Below are positions 1 to 6,989 of a stretch of 32,000 bases of DNA, one piece after another. Source of the stretch: Aliivibrio fischeri ES114 (GTDB lineage: Bacteria > Pseudomonadota > Gammaproteobacteria > Enterobacterales > Vibrionaceae); assembly GCF_000011805.1 (NCBI RefSeq), contig NC_006841.2, one strand, 5' to 3'. Within the stretch, counting starts at the first letter, position 1, and every line of letters begins with the position of its first letter. Both the position numbers and the translations under genes were made by a program. The notes beneath the pieces were generated by a model, which saw only the letters and a list, made by a program, of their open reading frames with translations, did not search any database and was not told the DNA's origin.

Positions 1-962
1 TTAATAAAATAACGATATTGTGCTGACTCACCCCACGCATACTTTCCATCAGGGCTGATTGAGCGACTTTTTAATTCATATTGTAATGAATGCTCTCTAG
101 TGATAACTAAATAACCTTGTTCTTTTTTCTGCTCTTGTAATTCTTTTGGGTAGATGCTTACACCATACAAACGCTTATCACTCTTCTCATCATAGACACC
201 AACACCAAAATCAGAGACCACATACCTCTTCCCACCGTATATCACCCCCACTTCTGAAAAATGGAAGTCATCGTTCATTTGGGTAGTTTTTCCTGTGGTA
301 ATTTCGTATTTCCAATATTTGGCTCTGTCTTCAAAATACAAATAACTGCTGTCTTCCGCCCAGAGGAACTGAGAATGGCCCCTATCAGCACCCAAAACTA
401 TCGACTCTTGGGTTTCTAAATCAAAAATAACTTTTTCAACGTTATTACTCCAAGCTAAGTAGCGATTATTAGGTGACCGACGCATCATTTTAACCGTTAC
501 CGCTCTGTTATGTGCCCTTGGCGGAACAACATCTAAAAAATCAGTCACTAATCGTAAATCGGTGCCATCTGTTTTTATGCTCCAAATTTTGTCTCTCGCT
601 TCATAAATCGCTTTCTCATCTGATGAGGCATTAGTAAATTCACCATTGTCCCATCTAAAATCCACTCTCGGTAAGTCGTATGAATCCGTATTTGATAAAT
701 CTTCTCTTGGCCACTCTTTGGCGCTGTTCACCACAAAGCAGGGCTTCATTATTCCCGGTATAGTGCCATTGGCTTCTTTCATTAAGATGTAGTTATCTTT
801 AGTGACATAAACTCGGTTATCATCCCACTCTTGCTTGTTAAGCAATTCGACGTCAGTTTTGGGTGGTTCAACTGCTGTACTTAACGTTGAGGGTTCGTCT
901 TGGTTGCATCCGTTTAGGAAAATAAGCGCAGCTAATGCTGTCCATAGGTATTTTGAATTCAT
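1..962 (-). CDS. PD40/TolB-like beta-propeller lipoprotein, paralog of 5894..6985 (partial; 3' end lies beyond window start)
   Basis: Absent from the supplied ORF track because it has no stop inside the window. My manual reverse-strand translation from ATG 962..960 gives MNSKYLWTALAALIFLNGCNQDEPSTLSTAVEPP... and stays open to base 1 (320 codons). Lipobox L-N-G-C at Cys19. The blocks AKEWPREDL, SYDLPR, KIWSIKTDGTDLRLVTD, RSPNNRYLAW, WAEDSSYLYFE and SISPDGKYAWG align with the 363-aa lipoprotein at 5894..6985. The SPxxRY / SPDGKY blocks resemble PD40 propeller blades. AGGGA lies 5 nt upstream of the ATG. Confidence 0.8.
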   Translation of the reverse strand, partial: MNSKYLWTALAALIFLNGCNQDEPSTLSTAVEPPKTDVELLNKQEWDDNRVYVTKDNYILMKEANGTIPGIMKPCFVVNSAKEWPREDLSNTDSYDLPRVDFRWDNGEFTNASSDEKAIYEARDKIWSIKTDGTDLRLVTDFLDVVPPRAHNRAVTVKMMRRSPNNRYLAWSNNVEKVIFDLETQESIVLGADRGHSQFLWAEDSSYLYFEDRAKYWKYEITTGKTTQMNDDFHFSEVGVIYGGKRYVVSDFGVGVYDEKSDKRLYGVSIYPKELQEQKKEQGYLVITREHSLQYELKSRSISPDGKYAWGESAQYRYFI

Positions 963-1052
963 GGTATCCCTACACTAATTCACTGATTGCAATGTCTTGG
1001 TATAGAATGCTGGATTTATTAACCCAGCTCATTTAACAATAAGAACCAGTTT

Positions 1053-4000
1053 TTATTCAGGCGCAGATCGAGTTTCAGTTTTATCTTTTATCCAACCTTT
1101 CAACCATTTTTTCTGTTCTTCTTTACCTTTTTTCTGCAAAGATTCCCATTTTGTTTGAGCCGATATATTGACCTTAGCTAATTTATTTCCTACTTGAATC
1201 CAAGGTAAATTCCCCTCATAAAAACTCTTACTTTCTGGCAATGTTATCGCTAATGGAGGACCTGATAAATATTTGCTTTCAACCTTATCAATACCTTCTT
1301 GATATAAGCCAAAAAGACGTAATTCAGAAGAATAAATTTCATCAGTGTCGTCATCGAGTATTGGTCCAAACGGTCTTAGTCCTTTTACCTTTTTACCAGT
1401 TGGGGATATATAGTCTAAATCGAATTTCATGATATAAACTTTTCTAGTTCGTGTCCCTACATGCAGCATTGATTGTGGCGCACCTTTGACTCTTTCAAGC
1501 ACTTGAGAAGCAAAATTTACAAAGGATTGCTTCTCTTCAGTTTGAGCATCAAATTCAACGTAATTAGCGTCTATATTTTTATAGGTATTGCCTTTCGAAT
1601 ATTTCTCTATATTTTCAAGATCATAATTAATGTCCATTACATGAAAAACAGAACTAAAGTAACTTGGCCCTTTTCCCTTTGAATTCGCTTTTATAAGCAC
1701 AGAATCTTGCTCTTCAATACTTAACTTTAGCTGCATAGCGATTTTATCAAGATTGAAACCAATACTCTTATAATCTTCACGATTATCTTTATCTGCTAAT
1801 AAGGCCACATAAATCGATGCTGATTGTTCTTTACCCCAATTAAATTGTTGCGAATTTATTGGTTTTTGCTTATCAAACCACTCAAATTTATTTCCTATAT
1901 TTAGTGCAGCAAGCGGGGTGACATGCCCTTCTATATATGGCTTTTTACCAGCACCTTTACTACTTTCATTCGCTTTAACAAAGCTTTCAACGAGCAAATC
2001 AGCTTCATTAATTACCGCACTTTGATTACCTAATCCATCAAAGAGATATAACGGTTTAGTTGATGTATCAACACTCCCATCACTATGACATTGAAGCCCA
2101 TAGGTATTATTATCATCAATGCCATAATGAATATTGCTCATATCGTAAAGCACACCACCAACATCCAGTTTTTCTATCGAAACTTTATGCTGATTCAGCT
2201 TAAAGAAATACGACAGAGCTTTGTATTTACCATCTTGTTTCCACGTATCAAAATTTTCATACCAATAACCAGAAAACAAAGGTTTAAGACCGGGGATTTC
2301 ATACTCACCGAACCAATAGGTTGGTTCAAATTCAACAGCAGTTAACGTTTGTTTTTCGTCTTTATCCGCTGCATAGTCATCGCCTAATTGCTGTCTGTAG
2401 TATGACGTCAATTCTTTATCTGATGGCCCGCACACGGTTAAATCAGACACCTCTTTTGCTGAAAACAAAACTTGATATTGAGGGCCATTAACATCAAGCC
2501 AACCGCGATCACAACCATAACTTAATGTTGCTTTAAAGAATTTCTTCGCATCTTCTGAAGCATTTTTAGTTAATACGACTTGTAATTTGACACGAGTAAA
2601 TGGTGTGATACGGTTCGTTTTACCTTCTTCTTTCCACTTTGAATAAGGTATCCATGATTTATCATCATCTCGATCGTTAAGCACCAATAAACGACTAAAG
2701 CCAATATCGTCTGATTTTAAGTCTTGGGCGGTATTGTCAAATAACTTAGCAAAGTCCACAAAACCATTCTCTTTATCATCCATATACAAACTGGTTTGCA
2801 CAGGGAATCCAGTATTAAACGTACCTTGAATTTTAGCTCGTTTAACTAAATGTTTCGTTGCTTCATCCAACGTTGCTTTCTTATTCTTATTGGCATATTC
2901 CACAAAGAAAGAGCGTGCTTGCGATGCACCAGTTTTATCATCTCTCACTCGGTTCAGCCAATTCTGAGCCATGGTATTGTAAGACGTCAGAGGGGCTTCC
3001 CAATTATCATTAAGAATATAAGTTTCTATGTAGTCTTGAACTCGATCGCTTATGAGTTCTTTTTTATAATCACTATTTGAGCTACTCCCTAGCGATATTC
3101 TGGCAAGCAATTCAATTAAACCATTTAACGCCAAAGCTCGAAGTAAGAAGCGTTTTTGTAATTCTTCTGATGTTTTATTCGCCTTTAGAAACGCTTCTAC
3201 CTCTTCTTTTTTTGTTAACTGCTGTTCAATTTTTACCTTAAACCCACGATACTGTTGCAATACTTCAATGTGAATTTTACCTAACTGGTTTAGCTCATTA
3301 ACGTTCTTATATTTGGCTTTAAAATCCTTATAAGCCCCTTCTGTTAATATTGAATCTAAAAAGCTTAACCCACTGTCTGCAATAGTAGCACCCTCTTTAA
3401 TTAACATAACCCCAGCCGCGACAGGGGCGATAGGGGTTAACATTGCCACCCCCATCAAAGAGTTAAATACTGCTGACACTTGCTCTTTTTGATTATTATC
3501 TAACCCAACATCAATCGCCTGTTTTGCTTGACGAACTTTCTCTAAGTCAATCATACCGGTTCGGCTAGGAGGCAAAGCTAATGAGTAGGTTGGAGGCAAT
3601 AGGCTTATTTCAACACGTCTATCTTCCGCTAACGCTGAATCGTCCCCTGTTTCACTCATATCGACTTTAGCGTTGCCTGCACTTATTGGTTGAGTGTTGC
3701 CATGTGACAAAGTAATAATACGCTCAGGTAATGTGTTATCTTCTTTCGCTTTATCTAAAATTGCCTGCTCAACTTGTTTCGCGCGATCCTCAGCAATCGT
3801 CTTATTCGCCTTATCACTGCCAATTCGCCCTGCGTGCCCATCGATTTGAATTCGATAATCTGGGTGTGTTTTTAGTAGTTCAGCAATTTTCTCACAAACT
3901 TTATCGATATCACTACGTAATGTCGTACCTGTATTTGGTAGCTCCGACGAATTAAATTTGAAGTTAATATGAATAATCGCACGAGAGCCTTGCGTAATAA

Positions 4001-5894
4001 TACGCGCTATTTGCTCCTTACCGTCATTATTCAAAACCTTAGTGGCATCTGAAAGCTGCTTAGCCCAGTCCGCCTCGGCTTTTACCATCACAATTTTTTG
4101 CAAATAATCAGTGGTTGCACCATCAAAGTTTTCTTGTTCTTTAGTCGATTGTTTCTCTAATTCTCCTTGTTTATCTACTAGCTGATAAAAATCATACATA
4201 CTGCCAATACTGTCTATAATAGGTAAGCCTTTAGCCAATTTTGTATAAGCACTTCCTTCAAACCAACTTGCCGCGAGATTTCGAGTACTAACGGATGTCC
4301 CATGCTCTTGAAAGTTTTCTTTCATCTCTTTTAGCGCATTCTGCATAAACGTTTTATTAGCAAAACCGTTACGCACCATTCTTCCAAAAGTTTGTGGAGC
4401 AGTTAAATTAAATCGTTGTACTCTTTCGGTAAGCTTAACTGCATCAGTAAACGCATCACGCGCCTCTTTGACCGATTGCAACCCAAATAAGAAACTCGCC
4501 CCAGCAGTAAGCGGCTCAGGTAAAACACCTTCAACAGTTAATTTACCCCAAATGTTTTTTGCCACACTGGTTGCAATTTGCTGGCTAGATAAATCACCAA
4601 ATACACCAATGCCTTTTGTCGCAAAACCTTGAGTATATGATTGCGCTGTCTTTTGCACTGCGGATGCAACACCAAGCGTGGCGACACCAGTGCCTTTCAA
4701 CGCCACTGTATTTCCTTGCTGTGCCATAAAATCAGAATAGCTAGGTAGTGCCGTTGGATATTGATAAATTAGACACTCTTCAAGAGAGATCAAATCACCG
4801 CATACCATCGCCAACTTACCAAAACCGCTTATCGGTTTAAAAGTGACTTTTTCATGCAGTTCATAAATATAAACATCTTGAGTAAAATTTGTTCCAGAAC
4901 GAGTATCATTCGCTTTAAACTTTAACTGACCTTGCTTTACTGAATCAGGAAAAATAGGTTCTATTCCTTCTTCTAATATTTCTTTTTGTTTATCTAAATA
5001 GTCTTTTACCCAGAAACGTGTTCGCAGTAAAAAATAACCATCATCAATTAATGTAGAATCAAAATTAAACACTACGCTCGGTAGTGTAGCTTTAGCTTCA
5101 TCTGTTTTTTCTTGGTTAGGGTTAGGCTTAGTGATAAAACTCGTAGCCAAGACATCCTCAGCTTCACCTGAAGCATCTTGTTTTGATTTCACTTGAATAA
5201 GAGAGACCTCTGCCCCCACATACAAATCACTGCTGAACACCACCCCAACTGAGTGAAAAGCAGGGGTAATAATGCCTTGAATCTCAGTAACTTTGCTTTT
5301 TTTTATACTTTCATACCAATCATTGTAATCACTTTGTTCATCTGTCAGCGGTTTATCAGACTCTTTTTTATAAGGTTCAGCTAACTGACTAACTTTTATT
5401 TTACTGATGGCAAATTCAATTAATTTGGAATATTTTTCTTCCGTTTTTAATTTATTGGAATAAATATCTTTTAGTGAATTGTTTAATGCTTTAACACTGG
5501 TGTGTGTTTCAGCCAGTTGTCCAATCACATTTAATGGCGGAAACATTAATGAATATGGTTTATCTAAATTTAATTCATTAACCGTTAATGGCTGCTTATG
5601 ACGTAAAAAAGTTTGTTTTTTTGTTATGGATTCAGGTGCTGTATTCTCATCAAAATAACCCAACTGACATAATAAACCGTCTTTATTCGAGCCCCATAAT
5701 ACTGGCTTTTCAGCATCATCAACCAAAACAGGCGTAAAAGGGATTGGGCGAACATTGCGCAAATCATCAGCCTCGGTTACATCAGATGATTGATGCCAAG
5801 TCGCTTCAATTCTCTCACCCTCTTCATCTAGATAACTTTTAAAGTAAGCCCCTAATAGATAGATTCCGTGATCATAGGTATTTAAATCAGACAT
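1053..5894 (-). CDS. Giant (1613 aa) protein of unknown function with an internal divergent OmpA/Pal/MotB-like domain; candidate secreted envelope-targeting effector
   Basis: Uninterrupted 4842-nt ORF. ATG at 5894 is preceded by AAGGAGG (complement of 5902..5908) at 7-nt spacing. It overlaps the upstream lipoprotein stop by 1 nt (TAATG). The N-terminus MSDLNTYDHGIYLLGAYFKSY is not a signal peptide. OmpA_C-like block at aa 636-766. One strong hydrophobic helix at aa 808-832. I recognise no catalytic motif in the remaining ~1480 aa (no GxSxG, HExxH or HxKxxxxD). Confidence 0.9.
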   Translation of the reverse strand: MSDLNTYDHGIYLLGAYFKSYLDEEGERIEATWHQSSDVTEADDLRNVRPIPFTPVLVDDAEKPVLWGSNKDGLLCQLGYFDENTAPESITKKQTFLRHKQPLTVNELNLDKPYSLMFPPLNVIGQLAETHTSVKALNNSLKDIYSNKLKTEEKYSKLIEFAISKIKVSQLAEPYKKESDKPLTDEQSDYNDWYESIKKSKVTEIQGIITPAFHSVGVVFSSDLYVGAEVSLIQVKSKQDASGEAEDVLATSFITKPNPNQEKTDEAKATLPSVVFNFDSTLIDDGYFLLRTRFWVKDYLDKQKEILEEGIEPIFPDSVKQGQLKFKANDTRSGTNFTQDVYIYELHEKVTFKPISGFGKLAMVCGDLISLEECLIYQYPTALPSYSDFMAQQGNTVALKGTGVATLGVASAVQKTAQSYTQGFATKGIGVFGDLSSQQIATSVAKNIWGKLTVEGVLPEPLTAGASFLFGLQSVKEARDAFTDAVKLTERVQRFNLTAPQTFGRMVRNGFANKTFMQNALKEMKENFQEHGTSVSTRNLAASWFEGSAYTKLAKGLPIIDSIGSMYDFYQLVDKQGELEKQSTKEQENFDGATTDYLQKIVMVKAEADWAKQLSDATKVLNNDGKEQIARIITQGSRAIIHINFKFNSSELPNTGTTLRSDIDKVCEKIAELLKTHPDYRIQIDGHAGRIGSDKANKTIAEDRAKQVEQAILDKAKEDNTLPERIITLSHGNTQPISAGNAKVDMSETGDDSALAEDRRVEISLLPPTYSLALPPSRTGMIDLEKVRQAKQAIDVGLDNNQKEQVSAVFNSLMGVAMLTPIAPVAAGVMLIKEGATIADSGLSFLDSILTEGAYKDFKAKYKNVNELNQLGKIHIEVLQQYRGFKVKIEQQLTKKEEVEAFLKANKTSEELQKRFLLRALALNGLIELLARISLGSSSNSDYKKELISDRVQDYIETYILNDNWEAPLTSYNTMAQNWLNRVRDDKTGASQARSFFVEYANKNKKATLDEATKHLVKRAKIQGTFNTGFPVQTSLYMDDKENGFVDFAKLFDNTAQDLKSDDIGFSRLLVLNDRDDDKSWIPYSKWKEEGKTNRITPFTRVKLQVVLTKNASEDAKKFFKATLSYGCDRGWLDVNGPQYQVLFSAKEVSDLTVCGPSDKELTSYYRQQLGDDYAADKDEKQTLTAVEFEPTYWFGEYEIPGLKPLFSGYWYENFDTWKQDGKYKALSYFFKLNQHKVSIEKLDVGGVLYDMSNIHYGIDDNNTYGLQCHSDGSVDTSTKPLYLFDGLGNQSAVINEADLLVESFVKANESSKGAGKKPYIEGHVTPLAALNIGNKFEWFDKQKPINSQQFNWGKEQSASIYVALLADKDNREDYKSIGFNLDKIAMQLKLSIEEQDSVLIKANSKGKGPSYFSSVFHVMDINYDLENIEKYSKGNTYKNIDANYVEFDAQTEEKQSFVNFASQVLERVKGAPQSMLHVGTRTRKVYIMKFDLDYISPTGKKVKGLRPFGPILDDDTDEIYSSELRLFGLYQEGIDKVESKYLSGPPLAITLPESKSFYEGNLPWIQVGNKLAKVNISAQTKWESLQKKGKEEQKKWLKGWIKDKTETRSAPE
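3399..3473 (-). other. Predicted transmembrane/membrane-inserting helix (aa 808-832) of the 1613-aa protein
   Basis: AVFNSLMGVAMLTPIAPVAAGVMLI is a 25-residue, almost uncharged hydrophobic stretch about 40 aa after the OmpA-like domain. Two weaker Gly/Ala-rich amphipathic stretches lie upstream: aa 401-413 GTGVATLGVASAV and aa 461-474 PLTAGASFLFGLQS. Judged by eye; no TM predictor was run. Confidence 0.5.
3597..3989 (-). other. OmpA_C/Pal/MotB-like (peptidoglycan-associated) domain, aa 636-766 of the 1613-aa protein
   Basis: GSRAIIHINFKFNSSELPNTGTTLRSDIDKVCEKIAELLKTHPDYRIQIDGHAGRIGSDKANKTIAEDRAKQVEQAIL...RIITLSHGNTQPI...AEDRRVEISLL follows the canonical pattern F-F-S-x-L ... i-x-I-x-GHTD-x-x-G-x-x-x-x-N-x-x-LS-x-x-RA-x-x-V ... 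G-x-G-x-x-x-P ... NRRVEI. Divergences: GHTD is GHAG here (the Asp is lost) and LSxxRA is IAEDRA (the Arg is kept). Confidence 0.75.
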
Positions 5895-6985
5895 TATTTA
5901 TCCTCCTTAAACCATAAACCATTGTTTGCTAATCCATTATAAAGGATCCCTTCTCCTGACATGGCACCATGTGAAAAAGCACGCCATGACCATACTTTAT
6001 CCTCTACACGATCAACGATAGTAACGTAAGTCATTTTGCTTAATGCACTATAATGGGCGTCTTTACCTAAAATTTGAGCAGGAACAAAGCCATCAACCAT
6101 TTGTTTCATTGTTTGCTCTTTGGTATCAAACATCCAGCCATAATCTTGATTTGATCCCCATGCAAACCTTCCTGTTGGACTAATAGACTTCACATTAAAA
6201 ATTCTTTCTTTATCACTTAATGAGCGATCTGAACTCAAAACAAATAAACGCTCATTTGTCTTTAAGTTATAACCCACAACTGCGGCATCAGTCACTTTGA
6301 TAATTTTATCTTCAGTTAACACTGCTTCAGTACGAATTTTATAATCAATCTCACTAATTTCACCAGTCTCTGAATCCCAACGCGAATAGCGATTACGATA
6401 TCTCTCATGATACAAATAGCGACTGTCCTCAGACCAAAGCATATCAAGTGGAGAGGTAGTCTTCTGTACAACTGTCACTTTACCTGTTTTTAAATCATAC
6501 ACACTTTTATGACCACCAGAGCCAGCCCAAGCGACGTAACGATTATTTGGCGAACGAGTTAAATTCCGCACCGCCGTTAAATCTATGGTTGCATCAGTCA
6601 CCAAGCGTAAATCTGTTCCGTCGGTTTTCATGCTCCAAATTTTAAGCCCGCTCTCATATTCATCTTTTGAGCTTGAGTTAGCCCACGCAAATTGAAAGCG
6701 CGGTAAATCGTATGAGCTAGCGTCATTAAGATCTTCTTTTGGCCACTCTTTGGCTTTTTCAACAAAGTAACGTGGAAAATCTTGGTACATTACTTTTAAT
6801 TCTTTTTTTCGCCCAAAAGCCGCATGTTCACTGCTTTCCATAATGTAATAATTATGCACGCCGACATAGGTACGATCTGGATGCTGTTCAACCTTTAATT
6901 GAGCCGCTTCTGCTGCCACACTTTCAGGGTCATTGCACCCCATTAGAGTGATGCTAAATAGTGCGAGTAATAGTATTTTTTTCAT
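5894..6985 (-). CDS. PD40/TolB-like beta-propeller lipoprotein (363 aa); candidate immunity/partner protein
   Basis: Signal peptide plus lipobox MKKILLLALFSITLMGC|NDPE (Cys17, +2 Asn, so probably outer-membrane sorted). Repeated blade-like blocks: IWSMKTDGTDLRLVTD, RSPNNRYVAWAG, WSEDSRYLYHE, SISPTGRFAWGS. The start is 4 nt after the upstream stop. Its stop overlaps the downstream ATG by 1 nt. Confidence 0.8.
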   Translation of the reverse strand: MKKILLLALFSITLMGCNDPESVAAEAAQLKVEQHPDRTYVGVHNYYIMESSEHAAFGRKKELKVMYQDFPRYFVEKAKEWPKEDLNDASSYDLPRFQFAWANSSSKDEYESGLKIWSMKTDGTDLRLVTDATIDLTAVRNLTRSPNNRYVAWAGSGGHKSVYDLKTGKVTVVQKTTSPLDMLWSEDSRYLYHERYRNRYSRWDSETGEISEIDYKIRTEAVLTEDKIIKVTDAAVVGYNLKTNERLFVLSSDRSLSDKERIFNVKSISPTGRFAWGSNQDYGWMFDTKEQTMKQMVDGFVPAQILGKDAHYSALSKMTYVTIVDRVEDKVWSWRAFSHGAMSGEGILYNGLANNGLWFKEDK

Positions 6986-6989
6986 TGTT

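Noticed and set aside
1241-3955. Plus-strand ORFs 1241-1432, 1473-1682, 2085-2345, 2850-3080 and 3731-3955 (60-86 aa)
   Set aside because: All are nested antisense inside the 4842-nt minus-strand ORF. They have low-complexity Ile/Phe/Leu-rich translations typical of the reverse frame of an AT-rich gene, no SD sequences and no recognisable motifs.
4884-4904. Possible MIX-type T6SS marker motif (hRxGhhYhh) at giant aa 331-337 (TRSGTNF)
   Set aside because: The invariant Tyr position is Phe, and the neighbouring residues are polar rather than hydrophobic. I could not find the flanking shhPhR and hhF/YSxxxWS/T motifs. This is not enough to call MIX; an HMM is needed.
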